In this document: positions 25,790 to 37,724 of the stretch, piece after piece
Layout of the letters: every line of letters begins with the position of its first letter
Numbering within the stretch: the first letter of the stretch is position 1
From: Vicugna vicugna
Taxonomy: Eukaryota
Assembly: GCA_013265495.1 (NCBI GenBank)
Contig: MU057560.1
Span: 3,410,909 to 3,474,908, forward strand
Length of the DNA: 64,000 nucleotides
Direction: 5' to 3'
Position numbers and translations under genes: made by a program
Notes under the pieces: model-generated
Seen by the model: only the letters and a program-made list of their open reading frames with translations
Database searches by the model: none
What the model was told of the DNA's origin: nothing

Positions 25790-28700
25790 ATATGAAAATG
25801 TAGATTGTCTCTGTTTTTCCTTGATTAATGTTGCTAAAGGTTTGTGTAAGTCAAATCTTTTCAGAAAATAAAATTGATAAAAATGTTGGAATGACTGGAG
25901 GCCTGGTTTGAGAAGGTGCGCGCTATGTGCGGCCGCAGGGCACGCTGGGTGAGCACACGCTGCCAGCTCGCAGCACATGCCGCCTCCTTCACCCTCCACG
26001 GGGTGGTTTCCTTACACTGAATTTGTAGGTAAGAAACAGAGGCAGCGAAAATTACTCATCGTGGAGAAGATTAGCCCAGGAAAACAGAGATGGTCTCCGT
26101 TTTTGTATTGAAACTGACTTATTCGTGAGCATCTCTGAGGAGCACCCGGCATTCATCTGGAGACAGTGTTGGCTGACCGTGCGTGCGCTGTGTGTGAGTT
26201 TCAGAATCAGCTTTTCAAGTTCCACCAAAAATCCTATTGAAAATTGGGTATTTTTAATTAAAGTAATTTGATGTTTTAACTGAGCTGATCCAGCAGATTA
26301 ACTAGAGAGAACGGCCAGCCTCAGATGCGGAGTTCTCCTCCCCAGTGAGGCTGGCTCCTTCCACTTGGACACCTCGTTCTTCAGAGGTTTCCGCCTGCTA
26401 AGCTCATTTCCCCTCACTCGAGGAGACACCACAGGAAAGACTCCTTTCAGCCTTCACAGTTTCAAATCGGACAGCCATTGTTCCGGCTAAGTTTTCACTT
26501 CCCCAGCCTGCTTGTCTGCGTGGTTAGAACATATTGCCTGATCAGGTGGGGACTCAAATATTAATTCCATATTTCTTTACATTTGGGCCAATTTTCCCAC
26601 AAGTAACCAGATAGACTCCTGCCCCGAAGTGGGGCTGGAGAGGGACTGGAGTCCACTTCTCGGAGTGAACTTTCTTTGTTCTCCACTTGACTGTGGAGTG
26701 CTAACTTCGGCTGGCTGTAGGGTCCCCCACCTCAGGGGTCCCGACCTTGGCAGCAGAGAATCACTTGCGGGATTTTAAAAGATCAGACCTCCCGCTCAGA
26801 CCACACATGCACCAGCTAAGGGGCTCTCCAGGGTGCGGCTCCCCTGCTCTTCCAGGCAGCCTGGGTTGGGAGCCCTGTTCTGGTCCTTGACACTCAGGGT
26901 GGTCCTGCCCCCGGGAGCTTGCTAAACGAGCACCATGCCCAGCTCTAGCCCAGATCTGCTAGGCCACCATCTGCCCAGCAGAAATCTGGACACACATTCA
27001 AGTCGGAGAAACATTCTCTAGAAACTGGGTCTCTAGGTCCAATGTCTCCAGGCTTCTGCTGAGGTGGGGTGGCCACAGCCAGGCTGCGAGGGCAGGGGGG
27101 CTCTGGGACCCCACTTCCTCACGCAGCAGCTGGCTCCGGCTCCAGAAACACATGCAGGGCCCTGGGCTCCACGTGTAGGAGTCTCTGACCCAGAGGCTTA
27201 GGGGCCCAAGGATTCACACTGCTGATGGCTTCCAGGTGATGCCCATGCAGGTGGTTGGGGACCACACCTGGAGACGCGCTTCCACAGACCCAAACAGCGC
27301 TGGTGTTCTCAGCCCAATGGTACCGTCACCTGCCGCGCTCAGGGCCCTCTGCAGACGTGTCTGGGGAGGAGCTCTGATGGCGGGCCTCCCGCTGCCCCAC
27401 CGGCCCGGCTGTCCCCTGCGTCTGGTTCGCAGCTCACTCCTTTCTCGACCTGAGTCCCATTCCTTCCCGTTGCAGGGGTTTCCACCGGCCTCTGGTCCCG
27501 CTGGTCTCGCTGAGGCTCTCCTGTGCGCACTTTCACAGGCTGCTTCTCTTGTCTTTTGCTTCCTACAGACTGTTCGGAGCTACTCTTGCTCCTCCTTTTC
27601 TGGTTTCTCGAGGTGAGAGAGATGACTGACTTGAAACCGCCCTTCTTTTCTAATTAAACACCTGGTGCTGTGAACGCTCCTCTCACGTGGCTCACCTGCA
27701 GCCCACAACTTGACACTATATCTTAATTTTCATTTATTTTATTTCCTTCAAGATTTCCCCTTCTACCCACGGGCTGTTAACACACGTGGCCTCCGTGGTA
27801 TTCACCACTCCCACCTCGTGGACCCCAGTCAAACCTTGCTGTCCAGCCAAGGATGCACCCCACCTCTACTCCCCGGTCCGAGACTCAAGGCGCCGCCGGG
27901 CTCTGTCCCAGCGGGGACGGAGGACCAGCCCCACTGGGAGCCCGAACCTCTGGGCCAGGGAGTCAGGAGAAGGAAGAAGAGCTTCCTTTCCTTCTCATTA
28001 AAACCATGCCAGGGCTGTTGGTGTCGTCTGGAATAAGGCGAATGTTGCCTCTGGTGTTCGGTAGCTAGACCCAGACTGCTGGCTGAGGAAGTAGGTTTTC
28101 CTTGGAGTTCTTGTGTCTGCGGCCATTGGGGGCTCTGCTGGAGGTCACACAGCACCTGCCTAGAGTGTGTGGGAGCCAGAGGGCGCTGGGACTCGCCTGT
28201 CAGGACTCACCGGACCCACGCGGGAGCTGGGCACCTACCTGCGTGCTGTTCCTCGGTCCCGAAGTCCCTCCTTGCATGTTTGCTGTGTTGTGGCTAAGGA
28301 GTTTCCGTCGTAAGGGAAGGACCCGCGAGGAGTGAGACATCTCCATCTCAGAGGAAATGAGAGTCCTGATGCGTCTAAGTGTGGTTTTTCTCAGGTGCCC
28401 CCGTGTCGGTAAGTTCTTGTGGCCACGGGCAGGTACACATTCTGAGCACAAGGGCTGATCCTTTTTGACCACTGGGAACGAACCCCACTTGGTCCCCGCT
28501 GAGTTGGGCGATCTCCAGCCAGACTTCTGTGGAGGTGTGTCCCCTGGTCTTCCCTGTCGGTGGCCTCACCGCCTGCATTTTCTACTGCGACCTCTGGGAA
28601 CTCTGCTGGAAGCCAGGCAGACAGGACTGCGGTGAGCGCCACCCCAGCTCTGCCCGGGAAGGGCCATCTCGCCCTCTCCTGCTGCCCACCTGCCTCCCAG

Positions 28701-28970
28701 CAAGGGCTCTGGCCCCCAGGCTGTCCTGCCTGCCCCTGGTGCAGAGGCCAGAGCTGTGTCACACCTCTCTCTGCAGTGTGCCTCCACCTGCATTCTCAAG
28801 TTTGGACGTTGCCCACGTTTTGGTCTGAGGACAACTCTGCTCCTGGCCTCCCAGCACTTTTCTGCAACTAACTTGTTTTAGCTTCTTTTTCTGACGTCTG
28901 TTTAGGATCAGAGGCAAAAGAAAGATGAGTGTCTGTGTTCAGTTAGTCATATTGTTCCACAAACTCTTTC
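25790..28970 (-). mobile_element. Very old fragmented LINE-1 (L1M5/L1ME-like), interrupted by other elements
   Basis: ttccttgattaatgttgctaaaggtttgt (~25820), agaatcagcttttcaagttccaccaaaaatcctattg (~26205) and cttcttttctaattaaacacctggtgctgtgaacgctcctct (~27645) are antisense L1 ORF2 phrases. Confidence 0.5.
26725..27285. mobile_element. Cluster of MER5-type hAT-Charlie MITE remnants
   Basis: Blocks such as agaatcacttgcgggattttaaaa, gggagcttgctaaa, cacattcaagtcggagaaacattctctaga and ccaggtgatgcccatgcaggtggttggggaccacacctggag are characteristic of MER5. Confidence 0.6.
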
Positions 28971-29074
28971 CTTGAACATAGGTGCAAAATTGATTAGTGA
29001 ACGGGTTTGTAATAATCCGATTCTACCCTCTGAAACATGTAGAAAACATTGATTTTTTATAAGACAATTTATAT

Positions 29075-30800
29075 GCTAAACAGAAACATTTTATTTGTGT
29101 ATTATCAGGGTCCTTCAAGAATTTGCCCACATTACGGGAATATAATGAAATAAGTCTTCTTTCCGAAACACACGCATATATCCCAACACACACACATGCT
29201 GAGTTATTTCAGCAACTGAAACGGTTCAGTCAAAGACGCTTAGTGCAATGTCACGCATCTTCCTACGAAGGACATGCTTCGAAGAAAACCAAGAGGAGAA
29301 GCAGCTACTCAGGGTCAGAGTGCACCGCCGGGCCTGGGAGGGGAGGCGGTGACATGAAGAGGTGTACTTCTACAGCTTGGCCATACGCAAGCCCTCACTG
29401 ACACGCTTCATTTCTGAAATTTGGGAGGATATTCATAAACGTCGCTGTGAAATTGGGCACTGGTGACGATCTGAGTGAGACAGAAAAACACGTGACGGTC
29501 GTGTCTAGTCTGGTCAGCTTCCCTCACACATTCAGCGGGCCTGGACGCGCTCAGAGCACGAGCCCTCAGAGCAGCAGCTGCGTCGCAGTGGACCGGCCGA
29601 GTGGAGGGCGGGCACTACGTACACACTGGGATGTGCTGCCCACTGGCCGGGGCTCGGTGGGGACCCGAGCAACTGTGTGTGATCACCAGCCCTGAGCTCA
29701 CAGACTTCGCTCAGCAACACGGCCTTTCCCAGCTGCCTCGAGATGGACTTTGGCCAGAGATGCCAGGGAGAATTCACAGTCATCGTAGGAAAACATAATA
29801 CAAAGTCTTACATGACTTAAATACAGAGAACAGCACGTTGAAATCATGCACACAGAGAGACTGGATTATGTGTTTACAGAGCTGAAATCCTGGAAATTAA
29901 GGCTTACGGTTATTAATGCAGGGTAAAGTTACTGTTAGGATGGCCCAGTGTACTAAAAACAAAAATCAACACTCTTAGACTCTTAGTTTTTCCCCCTCTG
30001 GCACAAAATAGAGATTATGAGGTTTACAATACTAACATGGTTTAAAATCTATCTTAGTCTTTAAAAAAGCAAAAAAAAACCCACTCTTCTCAATAAAAGA
30101 GTCACTTCTATGGAAAACAGTTACCCACAAAGTGAGACAAACAGCTTGGTCAAAGCCTCAGGATTTGGGCCAACTCACAGCACAACCCAAGGTCCTGGGG
30201 ACATGCTCACACTGACGCTGGTGAAGCAGCGAGTGGCCGCAGGGCGCAGGCCCTGTGACGGGCGCCCACGTGCGTGAAGGAAAGCGTCTCAGGCCCAGCC
30301 TGTTCGTGCTGAACTAATGCAGAATAATGAAATGGTGAGATTCCTTCCTTCCGCAGTTTTTCTTTGAGGCATCAAACCCCACATTAGGTCACTCCCTCCA
30401 GAGCCGAAGGCCAGTGTCTGGCTTACCAACTTCCTGCCTAATGGCCCTGCTGCACAAATTGGACTTTCCGGGTTTTATTGTCCCCTAAGGGGAGTGCTGC
30501 TGGATTATGCTCATTTATTCTTTTTCATTCTTTATCTATTATTTACACGAGGAAATATTCCTGTTTTCCTTTCTGAAAATCTCGCTATTCCTGGCATTGG
30601 CAGAAGGGTTTCTGCCAGGTTTATGAAGCCCCTGTTCCTGCAGTGTCCAAGCCGGGGACGGCCTGTTCCCTCCGCAGAAAGCCAAGGCCGAGGACACGGA
30701 CGCGCGGGCAAGGCTGGCAAGGGCAGCAGGGGACCGCCGCTTGTCTCCACGCCGAGACCCTGGAGCAGAGCGCGTCCTGGAGCCCCGGGTGGGGCGGAGG
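29075..30800 (-). ncRNA. Putative two-exon divergent non-coding transcript from the CpG island
   Basis: Minus-strand donor TTG|GTAAGC (exon ends 30427), acceptor gtttttctgtctcactcag| (exon starts 29470), and AATAAA at 29090-29095. Motif evidence only; the 5' end is a guess. Confidence 0.3.
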
Positions 30801-31960
30801 GAAGCCGCGCGCGGTCCGCTCCGCGCTCCCCGGGGAGTCCCGCCCCGCGGGCGCGCGGCCCTGTACGGGGACCCGGCGCGCTCAGCGCTGACCGCCGCGC
30901 CTCGTCCCCACTCCGGCGGTGAGCACGGCCGCGCGCTCCGGGCCCGGCGCTGGGAGGGTCCCGCGCGTCCCCGGGTAGGTCCGCGCAGCCCCGGGCCCGG
31001 CACCGGGGCCCGGCACCGGGGCCCTGCCGCCTCTCTGCGTGGCCGAGCTCCCCCGCCCTCCTCTCGCGACGGGCCTGCTTTCCCGACTCAGCCGCACGCG
31101 GCCAGTGGCCTCTCCCGGACCCGCTCGGGGCCTCCACCCGCCTGCGCCGCCAGTCAGACCGGGGTCGCGGGGGACACCCAGCGGCGTCCTCCTCAGAGCC
31201 GCCTCCGGACCCGCCGTGAGGACCTGCCCGCACTGAGCGGCTCTTCCGACCCGGTTCCCGCCGCTCGGGTTGTGAGACCCCTGCAGGGGACCCCTGCCCC
31301 CCGGGCTGCTGTGAGGACCGGGTGGTGGCCAGCGGACGCGTGTGCGCCTGTCCGTCCGCCGCAGGGACCGTCTTCTCCCGCGGATCCCAGGCCAGCTCCA
31401 CTGGCCCTCCCGCGAGATGCTCGGGTTGACAGTGCCGATGATCCAGCAAGTGCTTCGGGAGTTCTTACGCTGCTCCTTGCTCAACCGGGAAAGTGTGATC
31501 TGCACTGTTGGGAAGCTGGGTAGAGCCATCCAACCTCTGCGCAGCGTCCAGTCTAGACTGCATTCTTGTGTGGACGACACTCTGGTCCTACACAGTTTAG
31601 AGAAAAGCCAGCTATTTTCACTCACACCGGACAGTGCTTCTCTGTGGAGACCCCTCCACCCCGCTGAGTGGACAGGCTTGCGGCCACAGAGCACAGCGCC
31701 AGGAGGGCTCAGGGACCTGACTGCGACAAGCAGATCCCACCCCCACTCCCGGTGTGGGAGGACGCGCGTCCGCGCGGCTAGGCTCGGGGGGACAACCACC
31801 TCCCCCGAAACAGAAATCAGGGGAGCCCTTAAAGGAGCCGGCTGTCCCAGGAGCTGCGTCTTCTGGGAGCGGGTCCAGCGCGGTGAGGAAACTCTCAGCC
31901 CCTGAAGTGGGAGGGTGAGGTGAGTCCGGATTTCGATGCAGGCTCGCCCAGGAGTCACGT
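30640..31960. promoter_or_regulatory. CpG island / probable TATA-less promoter
   Basis: Very high GC and dense CpG (gcgcgcgg, cgcgggcgcgcgg). GC boxes GGGGCGGAG (30791-30799) and CCCGCCCC (30839-30846). Plus-strand donor GCG|GTGAGC at 30918/30919. Confidence 0.85.
30870..30918 (+). other. Candidate short non-coding first exon of an unidentified plus-strand transcript
   Basis: Lies just downstream of two GC boxes, contains no ATG and ends at GCG|GTGAGC. The start is approximate. Confidence 0.4.
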
Positions 31961-34900
31961 GACTCTCGCGGTTGTAGCCTCCTTGGATTTCGGGGAGGCG
32001 AGCTGATAGCAGAACCTCCTGTGCAGCACTGTCGTGAGGCTGCAGGGCTTGTGGGACAGAGAGCCTGGCTGTTCGTGATCTTCTTTAATCGGAGCTTCTC
32101 GTTAGTGTCTTATTACTGCATTTCCTTCTAATATTTTAAAATAAAATCCTCAATCTAAAACTTAGACTTTTTATGCTGAGAGTTAGGGATCCAATAACCT
32201 GTGGGAAAAAAGGGAAATTCCATTACTGGGAGAATAGAAAAATGATTGTGAAATGGTCAGAGGATGACAAAATTGCACAGGAGTGAGAATGAATGGCCAG
32301 GTCACAGGCAGCACCAGGAACGTGGCAGAAACATGTTCCAGGATGAGTGCTGAAACGATCTGAGAAGCTATGGGTCCTTCTCCCAGTGAGGCAAGAGGCA
32401 CTAGCGGTGATGTAACCGGTCAGGAGCAGGCGGTGCAGGGACAGGACGGGCGTGTGGGCTGAAGTCCGGGGCCGGGAGGGCCGCTCTGCGGGCCTCGTGG
32501 CAGCCGTACCAGTCAGGTTTCTACTGGGCCTGGTGGCAGTGCCAGTGCTCACTTCAAAGGGGACCACATGGCTCTGCTGAAACAGCTGAGGCAAAAGTCT
32601 GCCAGCGCCCACCCAAGTGCCAGCTCCTCCTGCATTTTAACCTGGATCAGGACACAGGTGCTCTGCCCACCTCGTCCCTTTCATGAGATGTGTAAAGCGA
32701 TTGTTTTTTAAAGCATGAAAAGTTCAGGATTAACCAAGATGCTTCTCTCCACGCTGGGGGGTGTGGAATGCGTCCAGTAGGTCCTGCGTGGGGCAGTGCG
32801 TGTGTGCGTGCATATGGTGGGACGTGGATTTAAAAATAACAAGTTTATTTGTAGAGAATACTAAAGCCAGAACACCTTTCATTATATATAACCCAAGTGC
32901 CATTTTCTTTCTTTCAAACAGATTTTAAAGCTACACTCTTCCTCAAATAAGCTTCCTCAAAACCATAAGCCTGACACCAAGCAGGTGGTTGATACGACTC
33001 TGAATTGGGTCAGGACCTGCATGTCTGGGAAACTCGAATTTCCTAATGATGTCTAATGATGTGGCCTTTCTGCTCTAGGTGTCAGAATTGTTATGGGAGA
33101 GATCCAGTTCTTTAGTGAACATGCAGATGGCTAAGAAAAATAACCGTCGTCCAGATTTTGCAAATGGAAATAGTAACCAGCATCATCAAACCCTCTTCCA
33201 CTGTTTATACACAGAATTAGCTAAATAACTTTGGCTGCGTTTCTAGTCAAGTGTACAGCATCGTTTTAGGCACTGTCGGTCAGAGCAATATTCATCACCA
33301 GGCAGAAGTGAAGTCAACCCTTTTCTAAAGCTGGTACCAGTGAAGGAGGGAGGTAACCCTGCAGGGGCTGCACCCACCCGGCGTGGTTGCAGGGCAGGGG
33401 CACCCCTCTCCCTTCTCCCGGGTCCTGCAGAGGCAGAGTGACCCTCAGCTGACATCTCAGCTCCCAGAGAGCCCTCCCGTCGTCCTGGAGGAGGTGGGGG
33501 AAGCAGCCTCCTTGGAGGTGGCTGCTCTGGAAACTGACCTGCAGCAGTAGTTCTGTGCCTCCAGCCTCCAGGTACGCAGCACGTCCCCAGGGCTGTCCAC
33601 GGGGCCTAGGTTTGCTTCCAACCCACAAGAGTAGGAAGCACTGCCGGGAGGGCTCCAGGGCACAGAGCTGCACCCTCGGGGCAGACCCTCCCAAAGACTC
33701 TGGAGGAGGAGGTGTGAGAGAAGCCTAGACCACCAAGGGCGGGTCCTCGTCAGGGAGGAGCGCCTTGTCTCTGACAAGGGAGTTCTTTGGGAAAGTGTGT
33801 TTCATGAAAGTTAGACAAATATGTGCAAACAGGAAAAAAAATTGCAAATAGTTGGCTCTCGGCTCACATTAACTTACCATCACAGACTCCTGGATCTAGA
33901 ACTGAGGGACACTGGAGCCAAACTGCAACCATTTGCCATCCCGCAGACCAGCAGGGAGAAGGCGCTTCCAGACGGGGCGACCAGGGCAAAAAACCCCCAG
34001 CTCCTGGGGCCCGAAGTCCCCACTCCCCACTTTCTGCTGTGCCTCCTCACCCAGCACCCTTCCTCTAGGGTCTGGGAGCTTACTCTTGTAGGATAAGAAT
34101 ACTGTCGTTTTATTTATGATACACCACGATTTCCTAGTAACTTATATGCTGTGATTTTCAAGTGATTTATCTGCCTAAGAGTAATGATTAGTTATTCTAT
34201 CAAATAAGGGATGGTGATTTTATTTGGGGTAAAAAAATGGGAATTATATTACTCTACATTTGGTAAAGTAGATGGGTAACGTTTCACGTACGCTTTCCTT
34301 CCAAGGAGCCCTGTCATAATTCCACAAAGACGAGTTCCCGAGGCTGAACGGAGGATTTGGAGTAAGAGGCGCTGAGAGGCAGACTGGATGGCAAAGCCAC
34401 CCCAACACCACGACCGCCCCCCCGACCCCCGTCGCTGGAACAGCCGTGGAGCTAGGAGCCCCTGTAGTTTACAAGAGGAAATAACTTCATGTCCTCAGCT
34501 TTCTCATTTTATTGGATCGTTTATAAACAAACTGCACGACCCTTCCTTTGAGACCCTGAATAGGGGCTTTTTCCTTCTTGCCTTCACAACCTTTGGTCTG
34601 AACACATTTTGGGGTACACTTTGGGGCACTGAGATTTTAGTTTGTAAAAAAAAAATCACTCATTCATTAAAATGTTAGTATCAAAACACCTTTTTCCCTA
34701 TAAAACTAAACAGAAAAGAAAAGTGCATTACATTAAACATTAAAGAAAATGCATGAAGCCATCTGAAAGAAAACTGATTTTTCAATTCACTGCCTGTCCC
34801 TGAAGGGACATATCTTCTGAGCACCTGGAAAATGCCGGGTAATGATGTACGTGTTTGCCAGAACAGCGCCTGCCGCTCCAGTGTCAAGGGACCACCTTTC

Positions 34901-35759
34901 CTCCACAATAAATGCTGGGTTTATTAACGCGCAAACTAGTTCAAGGGAAGAGCTTCTGATTGAGACACAAGAGGAGGGGATTTAATATATAACATGCAAA
35001 TGCACATGGATCACCAGGTACCTGCAAAACTGATGTATTACGGTGGTATTTGACTCAAGTGGTTTTAATGTTATACTGTGTGTAGCTATGAACATAGGTA
35101 TTTATATAGACACATCATTAATTATTGTTAAACTATTATGAAACATTGTTAAAATTCCTTCTAAAGTCAATTTTAGAAGACCATTTCAATAAACCAGTAC
35201 TGAGTAAATGAGCGCTCAAGTGACTGGAGTTGATACTAACTTCCACCGGAAAGTAACAAAAGTAAAGGAACCACAGCAGGTAGTCAGGACTAGACCGGCC
35301 ACCAAGCCTGGCAGGTACACTTACCGCAGTTTGGAGCACCTGCGGGCATGTGGCACCAAGGCCCATCTTCAGTACGAAAACTCCGAGTGACTCAAGAGCG
35401 CACCATCGTTAGACACGTCGCATCCACTGCACGTTCAGTAACTCGCTCCGTGGGCCGCTGTGTCTGATGAGGACTCTGGGCTGAGACTTTTTGGAGGAGG
35501 GGAGGGTTCAGGGAGGCGGGTGTCGTCCACAGACATGGGTAAAAGAAGCCAGATGTAGAAGGACGCATGACTCAATCTCCACAAACATTTTTTAAAAAAA
35601 CAGGCAACACTAAAATATTTGTTCTTAGAGATGCAGCTTTTATAGCTATAATAGGAACTCAAAAGAAGCAACTTTATTTTTAAAATCAAAACTAAAAGTT
35701 ATTCAGATGACAACCTAAAAAAAAAATAAGTCTGAACACGTGGTTCCTGGACCACCGTC

Positions 35760-35900
35760 TCCCACGGCGCTGTGGGTGGCGGTAATACATGCAGAGCCCA
35801 GGGCTGACCAAGACTTTCTGGGCCGCAAATTCATGGGTGAGGCCCGGAATGCGCATCTTGACAAGTTCCCTGAGTATGTATTAGACTCTTCAAAATTAGG
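35760..35900. mobile_element. MER5-like fragment
   Basis: gggtgaggcccggaatgcgcatcttgacaagttccctgag resembles the MER5A core. Confidence 0.55.
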
Positions 35901-37724
35901 TATTCTGAGAGTCTGCTTTATTTGTGTTTTTGAAGAATTATGAGAACTTTGACCGTAGTTTGTCTTTTAGTGATAACCTTAGCATGGGGAGAAATACTGG
36001 AAAGCAAATATATTAAACCTGCTAGAGTTCAGAGTGTGCAGAATTTGGAGGGAGGTTCAGGAGGGTGTGAAGGGGGAGCCCGTGAGGACGGACGTGGGTC
36101 TGTGGGGCAGAGGGCAGACAAAGCCCCCGGGTGCGAGCCCTTCCCAGGCTGAGGACGCACCGCGGGAGGAGAGGCAGGTTGCAGCAGGAAGTTCACCCTA
36201 CACATGCCACAACGTTTATTTCATGGCACAAATAGATTTGTGATTTTTTTAAGGCCAACTCTGACTGCTAATAAATGAAGTTTTTCTTCACTTTGGCACT
36301 TACTGATATTCAAGAAATTAAAATTAGTAAATCACAAGCTTTGGCACGATGTGAGAAAGAATGACAATTCCTTGATTATGGAAAGGGTTTCCTTGTGCCA
36401 AAACACAGGGAGCGAAGCCCTCCTTACGAGACCTTGAATCTGCGCACGTGGCCCTGTAGGTCAACCGCACACTTCGCCCTCTGATCTCAGGCAGCCGCCC
36501 AGCCCTTCTGAGCCCACCCATCGCTGGCTGCGAGGCCGCCCACCTGGCAAGCCCTGCGCAGGAGCCATAATTAATAAGGTCATGCTGGAACCTCCGGCTC
36601 TCGATGTGTCGTTGTGAGCAGTGACTTTTAACTTTCAAGCACATGAGAGTAAACCGACACGTGTGATCTCCTCAAAGCTTCTCTTCCCCGATGGTTTCTG
36701 ACTTGTGTATTAACATATTTTAATGTTGCCTTACACGTTTACAGAATGTCCTTATTCTCTGAAATTTTATTTGTGAGCTTTCAAATTAATATCCAGATCT
36801 CTGCTCTGACAAACGCCACAGTTGGCACACCAGTCCGTCTCATCGCGCTTCCCTCCGGGCACCGCTGGCGCCTGCGCATGGCCTCCCTTCTTCGATCCGC
36901 AGGCTGTGAACTCAGCTCCCAGCCGCAGCCACCGCAGGCGTTGAACTGTTAGCAGCGTGCAGGTCAGATCTGCACCCAGCACGACTTCGCCGTGTGGCTT
37001 CTCAGTTTCCAGCCGTTTAGTTTTCCATGTCTGTTGGTTCCCCGGATTTTAAGTGTTTTTCTCGGGAAGACGCCTCACTTGCTGCACTTGGTTCTTCAGA
37101 CTCGGGACAACCGTCCTCTCTTGCGTCACTTGTCAAGTGCTGGGCTGACTGTGGCGGAGTGAGGGACAGGCTGGGCTGTGGCTTTGCTGGCCAGCTCGCC
37201 ATCCAGAGACCCACAGCTGTTTCTGTCACTGCCCGCTGTCCTCCGGGCACCGATCAGGTACTGGCTCCCTATGCCTCCAAGTCTGTCGCGTTGTCTCTAA
37301 TTAAATGATTTCCTTGCCGTTGCATTTTCATCCGTTTAGTGTTTCTCTAAGCTCTTCGCCGCCCCTCTGTAGGGTGGGCCGGGGCAGCGGGAGTGGCGCG
37401 GCTCTGGAGCCGTGGTTTCGAGGGGACACTGCGGAAGGACCCAGGGCTCTCAGGTCACTGAGATTTCTGTAGGAAAAGAATACTTTTAGCCAAACGTCTA
37501 CTTTACTGTAACAATGGTTAAAACAGTCCTCCACGTAAGTCCTGGGTGAGCAGGATATTATTTCTGAGTTTATTTCTTTGGAATAGACTGCTCCATATGA
37601 AAGATCCCTCAAATGCACACACGCAGTTATGACTGCTTGTTGTGTTTACAAACCTGGTTTTCCAAAGTCTCTTGGGAGTAACTGAGTTGTTCTTACCGTA
37701 ACTTAAATCCCCTCCTGTGTCGCA

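Noticed and set aside
30494..31958. ORFs of 142-358 aa across the CpG island
   Set aside because: They are Arg/Gly/Pro/Ala-rich, overlap in many frames on both strands and have no recognisable domain. This is expected from stop-codon scarcity at very high GC.
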